Origin: an uncultured delta proteobacterium
GTDB taxonomy: Bacteria; Desulfobacterota; Binatia; UBA9968
NCBI GenBank assembly: GCA_963727625.1
Contig: CAVSHR010000002.1
Coordinates: 640,001-704,000 of the forward strand
Reading direction: 5' to 3'
DNA: 64,000 bases
Position 1 is the stretch's first letter. Every line of letters begins with the position of its first letter. Under the pieces are notes generated by a model. That model made no database searches. It was given only the letters and a program-made list of their open reading frames with translations, and was not told the DNA's origin. Positions 1 through 10,006 of this stretch are shown one piece after another. The translations under genes were made by a program, and so were the position numbers.

Positions 1-375
1 GCCGCAATATTTCAGCCAGCGCTCGGTGCCGTCTTTGCGGACGATTTTCAATTCGTAACTCGGATCAACGAGACGGCCCCGCTGGCGCGCCCGCCCGCGC
101 TTTTCAACCATCTGTTGAAAATCCGGATGCACGATCTGCCAGAAATTCATGCCGAGAAGCTCTTTGCTGGAATAACCCGTGAGTGCTTCGGCGGCGGGAT
201 TGACGAGTCGATTTTTGTCGCCGGAGAAGATGAACGTAGCCGCGGGAGTCTTGTGGATCAAGCTGCGCAGCTTGGAATCGCCGTCGCGCGCCGGTCGCGC
301 TCGTTGAACGGCAACCTGATTCAAACGGGGGCGGCTCCGCGCCGCAACCTGTTTACTCGAAATTGCTCTTGCCAT
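1..375 (-). CDS. PAS-domain (S-box) sensory protein, N-terminal part; runs off the window edge
   Basis: Not in the ORF track. Manual translation from ATG at 375 is open to position 1 and gives LVNPAAEALTGYSSKELLGMNFWQIVHPDF...YELKIVRKDGTERWL, a typical PAS/PAC pattern. Confidence 0.85.
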   Translation of the reverse strand, partial: MARAISSKQVAARSRPRLNQVAVQRARPARDGDSKLRSLIHKTPAATFIFSGDKNRLVNPAAEALTGYSSKELLGMNFWQIVHPDFQQMVEKRGRARQRGRLVDPSYELKIVRKDGTERWLKYCG

Positions 376-802
376 AAACCCAGCGGAAGAAATTTCGCTA
401 TCCGGTTGTCTCTTCGCGTCGCTTATCGGTCTGAAGTTCGAGGCGCGATGTCGTGATGCGTGTTTACGATGTTCGGCATACGGACGGGCCAAACCTCAAG
501 TCTAGGGTCCGTTTACTCTTCTAGCTGCCAAATATCAAGAACCAATGGGCCGGATACGAGGTCGGTGTCGTAGGCCAAGGTTGAGTGTCGAATCGAAGAA
601 GCGCTTATTCGCGTTGAGTTTGGTTGCTGCTGCCAAAAACGCCGAAAACTGCCGTGCTCCCGACCTCGCTGAATGCGCTCTTCACCGCCATGACGCCTAA
701 TAGCCGAACGATTTGTTTACCAAAGTAAAGTTCCGGGACAAGACACCGGGTTGGAATTGCGAATGCAGGCGGAGGGGCCGATCGATCAGGCTGTGAAAAA
801 AT

Positions 803-2458
803 TCAGTTCTGGCCGCTTACTCGCGCCGCAACTTCACGGCGAATAAATCCCGGCGGGCGGCCGTGCTTGGAGTGAATTTCCAGCCAGCCGCCGCGCGAGT
901 CAACGACGATGACCTTTACTCCCGGCTCAATGTCGCCGATGGAACGTGAAGACTCGCTCGGCGCGGCGTAGACGCGGCTGGGCCGGGTGACCTGAAAGGT
1001 TCCGGCTACACGCGGCTGGGGCTTCGCGCTCTGGCGCGCTCGTGAAATCGTTTTGAGATTTTCATTCACCCCCGGTTTGGCCATCGCCTGTTTGACTGTG
1101 GGTGCGTCAAAAGCAGGCGCAACATCGGGCGGCGCAGGCTGCGGCTCCGACGCGATTGACTCAGTCTGAGAGGCCGTCTTTGCGGCACTCATCGTTCCGG
1201 GGGTGGCCGGCGCTTGCGCCGCTTTGGAACCGAGGAATTGAAAGGCCGCCGCGCCGGTCGCGGCCAACAAAATCAACAGACCGAAAATGCCATAGCTGCG
1301 TGCTCGTTTCGGCTTCGGCTGGTCGGTTGCGGCGATGGGTTCATGGGCGGCGGATTGCGGCGCGCTCGATTCCTGCGCCGTCTGATTTTCCGCCTCGCGG
1401 TCGAGCAAATTCGGCAGACCTGCCGAAACGACTGGTCTGGTCGTCGGTTCGCTCGCGGCAGGATCAGTATTTTGCGTTTCCGGATTCGCTGACCCTGGCG
1501 TCGAATTGACCTTAGGCGTCGTGTCATTCGGGATCGCCATGAGCCGCGCGAATGCGCTGAGATCTTCTTGGAGTTGGCGCTGTTGCTCGGCCAGAGTCGC
1601 CTGCTTGGAGAGCACTGCATCGAATGGAGCCCGCAGCGCGGCAAGTCTTTGCCGATTCTCTTGGCCCTCGGCGATGCGTGCTTGCCAGCGGGGAATTTCT
1701 TCTTCATGCCGGCGGATTTCTTCGCGCAGCGATTTCTGTGACTCCTCTGCTTCGGCTATATGCTGGCGCAGAGTTTGCGCTTCGGTAAGCATTTCTTGAT
1801 CCGAGAGCAGTCGCCGTTCGAGCTCGGCGATACGCTCCTCTAATCCCTGCCGCTCTTGACGGTAACGCGCCTCGATTGCATCGATGTCGGGGATGTTCTG
1901 TTGTGCCGCTTCGAGCTCGTGGATTTTTCCCCCGCGTGCTTCAATCTCTTGTCGCAGCTCGACGACCTCGGCTTGCAGACCAGCGTAACGATCTTGGCTG
2001 TCCTGATTCTGCGGTGGTGCGCTATCGATTCGCGCCTCGCTGGCGGCGAGACGATCGCGAAGCTCTTCTAACTGGGCTTGCAGTTGGTCATTGGCGGCAC
2101 GTAACCGCGCGGTGTCCGGTGGATCGGCTTGATCACTCTCCCGTGTCGCCTTGAGCTCATCGATGGTTCTTTGGCTCAACTCCAGTTTGCCGGAAAGCGC
2201 CTGTAGTTGATTTTGCAAGTCTCGGTTCTGCGCCCGAAGTTCGGCCAATTCCGCGCTATGATCGGGCTGCGGGTCGGTCGGCGCCTGCATTGCAGATCCT
2301 TGCCCCGAATTCTCAAGCCTAGTGAGCAGTTCCTCGATTTGGCGACGCTTGGCTTTAAGCTCTCGCTCGGACGCGACCAGGATCGCGCCCAAAATGGCTA
2401 CCAAGACACCGGCGGACATTAAGATCAAGACGAAAGTGCTATTCATCGTCGCCTCCAA
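803..2458 (-). CDS. Membrane-anchored coiled-coil protein with C-terminal bacterial SH3 (SH3b-like) domain
   Basis: N-terminal hydrophobic helix, long E/Q/R/L heptad-rich region, second TM (YGIFGLLILLAATGAAAF), Pro/Ala linker, then VYAAPS...IGDIEPGVKVIVVDSRGGWLEI...GFI. Confidence 0.75.
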   Translation of the reverse strand: MEATMNSTFVLILMSAGVLVAILGAILVASERELKAKRRQIEELLTRLENSGQGSAMQAPTDPQPDHSAELAELRAQNRDLQNQLQALSGKLELSQRTIDELKATRESDQADPPDTARLRAANDQLQAQLEELRDRLAASEARIDSAPPQNQDSQDRYAGLQAEVVELRQEIEARGGKIHELEAAQQNIPDIDAIEARYRQERQGLEERIAELERRLLSDQEMLTEAQTLRQHIAEAEESQKSLREEIRRHEEEIPRWQARIAEGQENRQRLAALRAPFDAVLSKQATLAEQQRQLQEDLSAFARLMAIPNDTTPKVNSTPGSANPETQNTDPAASEPTTRPVVSAGLPNLLDREAENQTAQESSAPQSAAHEPIAATDQPKPKRARSYGIFGLLILLAATGAAAFQFLGSKAAQAPATPGTMSAAKTASQTESIASEPQPAPPDVAPAFDAPTVKQAMAKPGVNENLKTISRARQSAKPQPRVAGTFQVTRPSRVYAAPSESSRSIGDIEPGVKVIVVDSRGGWLEIHSKHGRPPGFIRREVAARVSGQN

Positions 2459-2747
2459 GAGTTTCTTGCTGTTGGGTTTTTATCATTGAGCTACGCCAAT
2501 TATATGCCAACTAGAGCCCTCTAGTCACGCCTGGTCGAATTAATCCGGTTTTACGCCGTTCTTTGCCATCCCAAGGCAAACTTTGCCGTCTCCCTCTACT
2601 GGGTCGCGAACAAAATCGTGAATCGCGGCTAAAAATGTAACTGCCCAAACGGCAAAGCTTTTCTGAAAATTTATGCAACTCCAGTTTGACCCCTCCGCTG
2701 GCGATGGAAGATGCCATGGGATATTCAAGGAGAAGTCCGATTGAATC

Positions 2748-4181
2748 ATGGCAACCAAGTTCCAACTCCCACGCGACGGCGACGGCATTTCCCCCGCCGA
2801 AGAGCGCGCCATTCTCACCGTCACCTGTTTGGCGGCATTTCTCTTTTTCAACAGTTTTGGCAGCATCGGCGTCGCCTTGCCGATGATCCAGAAACAGTTC
2901 GGCAACAGCTTGTCGGAAATCCAGTGGATAAGCTTGATGGGAGTGGTAACGATCTCCAGCCTGTCATTCTGCTTCGGCCGTGCCGGCGGCATTTTCGGCC
3001 AGCGGCGGCTTTACAAGATCGGCGTAGCGCTTTATACATTGGGCGCCGGATTGGGCGCCATATCAAATTCGTTCGTGCAGTTGCTGTCGGCGCGCGCGGT
3101 AATGGCCGTCGGCTTGGCGATGGCATTGCCGATGTCGACGGCGATTCTGGCAAGTAGTTTTTCACCGAACCGGCGCGGTCAGGTGCTAGGGCTGTTCGCT
3201 TCCGCCATCGCAGTGGGCCGGATGACTGGTCCGGCCATCGGCGGGTTCCTGTTGCAATTGGGCGGCTGGCCGTGGATCTTCTGGATGAATTTTCTGGTCG
3301 GGGCCGTGGTGACGCTGGCAGTAATCAAAATTTTTAGGGGCATAGGTCAACGCCGTCGCGAGACATTTGATGGCTGGGGTTCTCTGGCTTTGCTGATTGG
3401 TTATCCGGCGTTGCTGGTCGGTCTGACCTTCGGCGCGAAATTCGGCTGGGCGTCTGCGCCGGTCGCGCTTGCCTTTGCGGTAGCCGCGGTGGGTCTGGCG
3501 AGTTTTGTCTGGATCGAATTGCATACGCCAAGGCCGCTCGTCGATGTCCGTCTTTTCAAACAAAAGATGCTCGCGGCCGCTTTGGCCGCGGTGGCCCTGA
3601 GCCAGTTGATTTACAATCCGATTGCGTTGTGCGCGCCGCTCTATCTGCAGAACGTCTTGGGCACTTCGGCACTGATGGCCGGCATCATCCTCGCTATCTT
3701 TCCGCTTTCCACCGCGCTTGCATCGCCATTGAGCGGCCGCCTCGCCGACCACTATGACGCTGCTATTGTCGGTGCCGTCGGCCTCGGCATGATCGTGGCA
3801 GCCATCGCTTGTTATTCCCGATTGAACGCGGATTCCCATTTAATGTTAGTGGCTTTGGTCCTTGCTCTCCTTGGTTTAGGGGTCGGCTTCTTCACCCCGG
3901 CCAATCAAAAAATCGCCTTCGCCGCCATTGGCCGGGAAGACTACGGCGTCCTTGCCGCCATGCTGAGCTCTTTCGGTACAGCCGCCGGCGCCATTGGCAC
4001 GACCGTTACCGTTGCGCTGATGGAAATCGACGGTGGACGGGATCTTTGGGCCCAGCCGGCGGTGCTCGTCGGTGCGCAGCGCTTCGCATTTGCCTGTCTG
4101 GTGCCGGTCGGGTTACTGGCACTCTGGATCGGAAGCAGACGACCGGCGGCCCGGTCGAGCATCCATGCGGCACAAAATTGA
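2748..4181 (+). CDS. MFS transporter, DHA2 (EmrB/QacA-like) type
   Basis: 477 aa, many TM helices, VALPMIQ, GRAGGIFGQRR, GPAIGGFL, WPWIFWMN, PLVDVRLF, SGRLADHY motifs. Confidence 0.9.
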   Translation: MATKFQLPRDGDGISPAEERAILTVTCLAAFLFFNSFGSIGVALPMIQKQFGNSLSEIQWISLMGVVTISSLSFCFGRAGGIFGQRRLYKIGVALYTLGAGLGAISNSFVQLLSARAVMAVGLAMALPMSTAILASSFSPNRRGQVLGLFASAIAVGRMTGPAIGGFLLQLGGWPWIFWMNFLVGAVVTLAVIKIFRGIGQRRRETFDGWGSLALLIGYPALLVGLTFGAKFGWASAPVALAFAVAAVGLASFVWIELHTPRPLVDVRLFKQKMLAAALAAVALSQLIYNPIALCAPLYLQNVLGTSALMAGIILAIFPLSTALASPLSGRLADHYDAAIVGAVGLGMIVAAIACYSRLNADSHLMLVALVLALLGLGVGFFTPANQKIAFAAIGREDYGVLAAMLSSFGTAAGAIGTTVTVALMEIDGGRDLWAQPAVLVGAQRFAFACLVPVGLLALWIGSRRPAARSSIHAAQN

Positions 4182-4232
4182 TACTCATCATTAGCGACGG
4201 GCCCGGCGCCCGTCAGAGAGGCGGCATGATCG

Positions 4233-5210
4233 ATGGTCATCGATTTTCAACATCACTATATTCCGGTGGAGTTGGCAAAAAAACGCGGGCTGTACTCGGA
4301 AACGGGTAGAACCATGCTGAAGGAAGGCGGCTTGCCGGCCACCACGATGCATCGGCGTCTTTACGATTTGGATTTGCAGCTGCGCGACATGGACGAAGCC
4401 GGGGTCGACGTTTCGGTGCTTTCTTGCCTGCTCGGTTGGTCCGCGGCGCTTGAGGAGTGCCGTTTGATTAACGACAATCTCGCCGCGCTGGAAAAAAAGT
4501 ATCCGCGCCGCTTCGTCGGCTTGGCCCAAGCGCCGATCTTGCAGGGCAAAGCGGCGCTCGGTGAGCTGCGCCGCGCGATCAAGGACCTCGGCCTGCGCGG
4601 CGTGACGATTACTTCGCAAATTGACGGTTTGCCGCTCGATGCGCCTGCGCTGGGCGATTTTTATGAAACCGTCTGCGGGTTGGATGTGCCGGTATTCGTG
4701 CACCCGGCGCTGGTGCCGACCGGTTACGAGCATCTAAAAGACTACGATCTGCCGCGGGTCTTAGGCCGGGAAGTCGATTTGACTGTGGCGACGACCCGGT
4801 TGATCGCCGGCGGCGTATTGGACCGTTTCCCCACGCTCAAGATTGTCATGGCCCATTTCGGCGGCGGCATCGCAGCGGTCAAAGAGCGTCTGATGGGAAA
4901 AGGCTACCGTTTCGGCACGCTCAAGAAACCCTTCGGCGAGTACTTCGACAGGGTCTATTTCGACATGGCCGGCTTCGAAGGCGGCATGACCGCGCTTAAA
5001 TGCGCGCTTGAAGGCATCCGCGCCGAACGACTGGTATTCGCCAGCGATTATCCCCAGGACTTCACCGGCGTCAACAGCGACACCGGCAAGGGGATGCAGG
5101 AGCTGAAAAATTATATTGGAGCAGTGCGCGGATTGGCGCTGGACGAAACCGCCAAGCAAAATATTCTCGGCGGCACGGCGGCGCGCTTGTTGAAGCTCGA
5201 TGCCGCATGA
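4233..5210 (+). CDS. Amidohydrolase family 2 protein (ACMSD/LigW-like)
   Basis: IDFQHH metal motif, PVFVHP, AHFGGG and VFASDYP motifs. Confidence 0.9.
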   Translation: MVIDFQHHYIPVELAKKRGLYSETGRTMLKEGGLPATTMHRRLYDLDLQLRDMDEAGVDVSVLSCLLGWSAALEECRLINDNLAALEKKYPRRFVGLAQAPILQGKAALGELRRAIKDLGLRGVTITSQIDGLPLDAPALGDFYETVCGLDVPVFVHPALVPTGYEHLKDYDLPRVLGREVDLTVATTRLIAGGVLDRFPTLKIVMAHFGGGIAAVKERLMGKGYRFGTLKKPFGEYFDRVYFDMAGFEGGMTALKCALEGIRAERLVFASDYPQDFTGVNSDTGKGMQELKNYIGAVRGLALDETAKQNILGGTAARLLKLDAA

Positions 5211-5327
5211 TTCGAGCCCGCCGAGTCGTCTCCAAATACCTTCCGCCGGCAGGATTTGCCTGAAATTTTGATTCCAAATCTGCGCTCAATGAAAAGCCGC
5301 AGCATCCAACCGCCGTAGCGCCGGGCT

Positions 5328-5888
5328 TCACTCGCCGGCCGCGGATTTTGCCAAGTTTGCGTCGACGTACCCAGGTTTGTTACCGCGCTTCGATTCGACC
5401 TTTAACCAGCCATTGTCTTCTTCGACGACGTTGAGCTTGGTTCCTTTCGATATGTCCGCGATGACGGGATAGTGAAGGCCCGGTCCGCTGCGGACCTGGG
5501 TGTCGGTGGCGGCTACGTATTTGCCCTCGGCTTTAGGATCCAGCGTTTCTTTCGTCTCACCCACTGGACCGCTCCAGGGCGTCACTGAAACCATTTCAAT
5601 GTAGCCGGGCGCATTGCCTTTCTTGGAAACAATCAATACCCAATCGCCGTCTCGACCAACGACGTTGACTCGCGCATCCCGGCCGATTTCGGCGATGGTG
5701 CGAAATTGCGGTCCTGGCCCGGTGCGGACCTTGGTGCTGGCCGTCGTCACGTAGACGCGCGCCAGTTCGTTGAGATCGGGAAGCTCTTTTAATTCGCTTT
5801 TGGTTTCTTTGTCTTTACAAGCGTAGACGTTCAGACAAAACAAAAACACGATTAACCAGCGGGTTTTATTATTTGCGATTCGATTCAT
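5328..5888 (-). CDS. Lipoprotein with two tandem SH3b domains
   Basis: Signal peptide ending VYAC; two repeats VR(T/S)GPG..(F/Y)..IA.I.....(V/L)NVV.....W......G..PGY; GGAGG SD upstream. Confidence 0.85.
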   Translation of the reverse strand: MNRIANNKTRWLIVFLFCLNVYACKDKETKSELKELPDLNELARVYVTTASTKVRTGPGPQFRTIAEIGRDARVNVVGRDGDWVLIVSKKGNAPGYIEMVSVTPWSGPVGETKETLDPKAEGKYVAATDTQVRSGPGLHYPVIADISKGTKLNVVEEDNGWLKVESKRGNKPGYVDANLAKSAAGE

Positions 5889-5996
5889 CGGGGCCTCCGA
5901 AGGTCACTGGATAGGCGCATTGTAACATGTTTGCGCGCGGTGTTTACGGATAATCGCGATAAGGCATCACCATCGATAGTGATGGGCTGATCGTCT

Positions 5997-6416
5997 CTAG
6001 CGGATTTCCTTCCAAACCTTGGCTAAACTCTCCCCGTGAACGCTTAAATCCCATTCGCAAAAATAGCCGAAAGGGGTGTTCCATACCTGGTAACCGGTCG
6101 CGCGCAAGCGTTCGGCAAACTGGTCGAGAAACGCCGCGGCAAAATCCGGCGGTGCGGATTCGCCGCCCAGATGGGAAAAAGAGTGCAGGACGATATTCGT
6201 AAACCCGCGTTTGTTGGCGAGCCATTTGACGTGCTTGACCGACTGGCGCAGGACCGAGGCAGCGCGGTCCCCAGCGGCGTCGAATGTCTCCGCATGGATA
6301 AAAACAACCACGGCATCTCGAACCTGCTGATCGATTCCTTGATCGGGAACTTCCGGCAGGGTTTTAGAATGAGGCTTCCAGCGAAAACGTTTGGCCTGGA
6401 AACAGAGCAGCTTCAT
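5997..6416 (-). CDS. Free-standing archaeal-type threonyl-tRNA synthetase editing-domain protein
   Basis: 139 aa from ATG 6416 (MKLLCFQA); VVVFIHAE..D, IVLHSFSHLG and TPFGYF..W.L...GESLA mirror the YPxAHLS / APFGxxK...GHPLA motifs of the archaeal ThrRS editing domain. Confidence 0.75.
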   Translation of the reverse strand: MKLLCFQAKRFRWKPHSKTLPEVPDQGIDQQVRDAVVVFIHAETFDAAGDRAASVLRQSVKHVKWLANKRGFTNIVLHSFSHLGGESAPPDFAAAFLDQFAERLRATGYQVWNTPFGYFCEWDLSVHGESLAKVWKEIR

Positions 6417-6426
6417 CACGCGCCGG

Positions 6427-7005
6427 TCAATAAAAATCCAGAAAGTTCTTGAGAATCTTTTTGCCCTCTTCGTTGAGGATGGATTCCGGATGGAACTGCA
6501 CGCCCTCCACAGGAAATTGCCTGTGGCGAACCGCCATGATGATGTCGTTTTCCGCGCGGGCGCTGATCGCAAGGTCGGCTGGCAGGCTTTTCGGATCGAT
6601 CACCAAGGAATGATAGCGCATGGCGCCAAAGGGATTCTTGACGTCGCGGAAAATTGTCAACGAATCGTGGGTCACATCCGAAAGTTTGCCGTGCATGATC
6701 GACGGCGCGCGAACGATTCTGCCGCCGTAAGCGGCGCCGATGGCTTGATGGCCGAGACAAACGCCTAGAATCGGGATGCGCGCGCCGAAGCGCCTGATCG
6801 CGGCGCAGGAAATGCCCGCTTCCTTCGGCGTGCAGGGCCCCGGCGATAGGACGATTTTTTCCGGCTGCAGCGCTTCGATCTCGTCAAGCGTGATCTTGTC
6901 GTTAAGGTAAACTTTCACGTCGGCGCCGAGCTCGCCGAGATAGTGGTAAAGGTTATAGGTAAAGGAGTCGTAGTTGTCGATCAGCAGAATCATCGTTTTC
7001 TCCAC
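6427..7005 (-). CDS. trpG: Anthranilate synthase component II (glutamine amidotransferase)
   Basis: IDNYDSFTYNL, SPGPC, GVCLGHQ, RYHSL, GVQFHPES; overlaps trpE. Confidence 0.93.
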   Translation of the reverse strand: MEKTMILLIDNYDSFTYNLYHYLGELGADVKVYLNDKITLDEIEALQPEKIVLSPGPCTPKEAGISCAAIRRFGARIPILGVCLGHQAIGAAYGGRIVRAPSIMHGKLSDVTHDSLTIFRDVKNPFGAMRYHSLVIDPKSLPADLAISARAENDIIMAVRHRQFPVEGVQFHPESILNEEGKKILKNFLDFY

Positions 7006-8477
7006 TGCTCGGCAAGCTCGACGGCTTTCAGCATGGCGCGCGCTTTATTGAGCGTTTCCTGGTATTCCAGTTTCGGATCGGAATCGGCGACGATGCCGGC
7101 GCCCGCGGTGACGTAGACTTTTTTGCCCTTCATCACGATGGTGCGAATGACGATGCACGTGTCCAAGTTACCGTTGTAGCCGAAATAGCCGATGGCGCCG
7201 GCGTAGAGACCGCGTTTCTGCGGTTCGAGCTCGCTGACGATTTGCATGGCGCGAATTTTCGGCGCGCCGGAAACCGTGCCGGCGGGAAAGGCGGAGACGA
7301 AGAGATCGAAGGAGGTTTTGCCGGCCGCCAGTTTGCCGCGCACGTTGGATACGATGTGGATCACGTGCGAGTAGCGCTCGATGGCCATCAATTCATTGAC
7401 TTCGACCGAGCCGATCTCGGCGACCCGGCCGACATCGTTGCGGCCGAGATCGACCAGCATGATATGCTCAGCACGCTCTTTCGGATCGGCGAGCAGATCG
7501 GCTTCCAGTTCGCGCTCTTCTTCCGGCGTGGCGCCGCGGCGGCGGGTCCCGGCGATGGGGCGCAACTCGATGGTGCCGCCGGTGAGCCGAACCATGGTTT
7601 CCGGCGATGAGCCGATCACCCGCAGCTCTTCGAGTTCCAGGTAAAACATGTAGGGGGATGGGTTGATAAAGCGCAGGGCGCGATAAATTTCAAAAGGATC
7701 GGTGGTGGTTTCCGTCTCCAGGCGCTGACAGAGGACGACTTGAATGATATCGCCCGCCTTGATGTATTCCTTGGCCGTGGCCACGGCTTTCTCGAAAGCC
7801 CGGGGTGATAAATTCGAGCGAAATTTTCTTCGTCCTTCACTCTGGGTCAAGTCTCGCGGCTCGATGCCGCGCGGCTTTTTTTGCAGACTCGAAATGACCT
7901 TGCGAACACGCTTGAGCGAGGCATCGTAAGCACGGCGAAGATCGGTCTGATTATCGAGCTGCACGTTATCGATGACCTTGATCGTATGTTTTAGGTTGTC
8001 GAAGGCGACCAGGGTCTGCACGAAGACGAAAAAAATCTCCGGCGCATCCAGCGGGTCCGGTTTATCGTTGACAATCCCGTGGACCTGTTCGACGGCATCG
8101 TAGGACACGTAGCCGAGCGCACCGCCGAAAAAGGGCGGCACGCCGGGCACCTTGACCGGACGGCAACCCTCTAACAAATTCTCCAGCATCTTGAGCGGGT
8201 CTTCGCAGGTCAGCTGCCGCGATTTCCCGCGTTCGATTATCTCGACTTGCTTGCCGCGCGCTTTGAAGATGCGGTACGGACGCGTACCCAAAAACGAAAA
8301 GCGCGCCCAGCGTTCGCTGCCTTCGACGCTTTCGAGCAGAAACGAGTAACGGTCCCGCTCGAGCCGCTTAAAAAACGACAGAGGTGTTTCGAGATCCATG
8401 AGCAGTTCCTGGTACACCGGGACCAAATTGCCTTGTTTAGCGAGCGCGCAAAAATCTGGGTAGGTTGGTTGAATCAT
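6990..8477 (-). CDS. trpE: Anthranilate synthase component I
   Basis: LLESVEG, NPSPYM, SSPE, RPIAGT, EHIMLVDLGRND, FPAGTVSGAPK; start trimmed to ATG 8477 (MIQPTY). Confidence 0.95.
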   Translation of the reverse strand: MIQPTYPDFCALAKQGNLVPVYQELLMDLETPLSFFKRLERDRYSFLLESVEGSERWARFSFLGTRPYRIFKARGKQVEIIERGKSRQLTCEDPLKMLENLLEGCRPVKVPGVPPFFGGALGYVSYDAVEQVHGIVNDKPDPLDAPEIFFVFVQTLVAFDNLKHTIKVIDNVQLDNQTDLRRAYDASLKRVRKVISSLQKKPRGIEPRDLTQSEGRRKFRSNLSPRAFEKAVATAKEYIKAGDIIQVVLCQRLETETTTDPFEIYRALRFINPSPYMFYLELEELRVIGSSPETMVRLTGGTIELRPIAGTRRRGATPEEERELEADLLADPKERAEHIMLVDLGRNDVGRVAEIGSVEVNELMAIERYSHVIHIVSNVRGKLAAGKTSFDLFVSAFPAGTVSGAPKIRAMQIVSELEPQKRGLYAGAIGYFGYNGNLDTCIVIRTIVMKGKKVYVTAGAGIVADSDPKLEYQETLNKARAMLKAVELAEQWRKR

Positions 8478-8930
8478 TTTTTCTTGTTCTGAGAAAATAA
8501 AAAGGGCCATAAGTTTACCACCTATGGCCCTAACCGTATTCACTTTTTTTACAGGGATCAGCCATGGCGGAGACGCTGTCTCATGGGCCAGCACCACCAA
8601 GTGAGAGCTAAGCATTCACGCTGTGATTGCCGATTCATGACGCCATATTGCCGTATTGGATTTTGCCGGTCAAGCTCGCCGTTCAGGGCGTCCTATGTCG
8701 GCTGGCGCCAACTCATACTTAGATGGTTCTATTTATTGAATTCGAGAAATCGGCTCCCAGGACAAAACGGTAAACCTCCTTGGTTATCGTTCCATTCCCG
8801 AATGATCCACGATTGCCCCATTTGGAAATCATCGATTCAAAGCACCGATCGCTTTGTCAAAGCTGTTTTCGCGGTCGATTAGCCATCCTAAGCCGTAAAT
8901 TTTAGGCCCGGCCCGTCGTCCGGAGGCCGT

Positions 8931-8959
8931 TTGACAACGATAGACCGCCGAGTTAGGTT
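8931..8959 (+). promoter_or_regulatory. Putative sigma70 promoter of the IclR gene
   Basis: TTGACA-17 nt-TAGGTT upstream of the AGGAGG SD and ATG 9038. Confidence 0.55.
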
Positions 8960-9037
8960 AAAACGCCTTTTTGGAATCGGCCCAAGGGGCGATGAAGTTC
9001 GTATTTTAAGCGAGACAAGCGACACCCAGGAGGAAAC

Positions 9038-9817
9038 ATGGTTCGGCGCGAGAAATCCAATTACGTCATTCAATCAGTCTCGCACGCGCTCGATGTATTG
9101 GAACAATTCAATGGCAACGTCGATGAAATCGGTGTCACCGAGTTGAGCAAGCGGCTAAAGCTGCACAAGAACAATGTTTTCCGATTGCTCGCAACGCTTG
9201 AGGCCCGCGGCTACATCGAACAAAATAAAATTAGCGAAAATTATCGTTTGGGATTGCGCTGTTTGCAATTGGGACAAACCTTTATCCATCAAATGGGCTT
9301 GCTCGTGCAGTCGCGCTCGATTCTCGAGGAACTAACCCAGTTGACCCAAGAAAGCGCCTACGTCGCGATTCGCAAGGGCAGCGCGATTATTCCGCTCGAT
9401 TTCGTCGAACCGGCGCGGACGGTGCGCGTGGTGTCCTTCTTGGGCACGGTACTGCCGGCGCACTGCACTGCGGCCGGAAAGATACACTTGGTGTTCGAAG
9501 CCGAAGGGATTGCGGCTCAAACCTTGCCGGAGCGATTAGAGCGGTTCACGGACAAAACCATCGTCGACAAAGCGGCCTTACGCGAGCAGATGAAAACCAT
9601 CGGGGAGACCGGATACGCGGTGGAGCGAGGTGAATTTGCCGACGACGTCAATGCCGTCGCGGTTCCGGTGCGTGATTACACCAGGTCGCTCGTGGGAACC
9701 CTGGCCGTCGTCGGGCCGGCGCACCGGTTAGACGACATAGCGGTCAGTGACGAAATCGCGCCGGCGCTGCTCAAGGCGGGCGGAGAGCTCTCCAAGCGTT
9801 TGGGCTTTCCCGCGTGA
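9038..9817 (+). CDS. IclR-family transcriptional regulator
   Basis: IQSVSHALDVLE...GVTELSKRLKLHKNNVFRLLATL HTH; HCTAAGK and AVAVPVRD effector-domain motifs. Confidence 0.95.
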   Translation: MVRREKSNYVIQSVSHALDVLEQFNGNVDEIGVTELSKRLKLHKNNVFRLLATLEARGYIEQNKISENYRLGLRCLQLGQTFIHQMGLLVQSRSILEELTQLTQESAYVAIRKGSAIIPLDFVEPARTVRVVSFLGTVLPAHCTAAGKIHLVFEAEGIAAQTLPERLERFTDKTIVDKAALREQMKTIGETGYAVERGEFADDVNAVAVPVRDYTRSLVGTLAVVGPAHRLDDIAVSDEIAPALLKAGGELSKRLGFPA

Positions 9818-10006
9818 GCCAAGAAACCGCGTGACACCGGGGGAATTTCTCGCGCTGGGCAATTCTCACCGACTCAGGATTATCCAGATTACCGTCGTAG
9901 AACCTTAGAAAATCTTTGGCGCCGGTCCGAGTCTTTCTCAAGCTCGTTTTGACAAGCGCTTCGTCTCAACGATAAGAAAGAGCCAACGGAGGTCTAAAGG
10001 CCCGCT

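Noticed and set aside
115-456. Plus-strand 113-aa ORF
   Set aside because: It is the shadow of the minus-strand PAS gene (1..375), which has clear motifs.
8478-8930. Trp attenuator or leader peptide upstream of trpE
   Set aside because: I found no short ORF with tandem Trp codons and no terminator/antiterminator pair.
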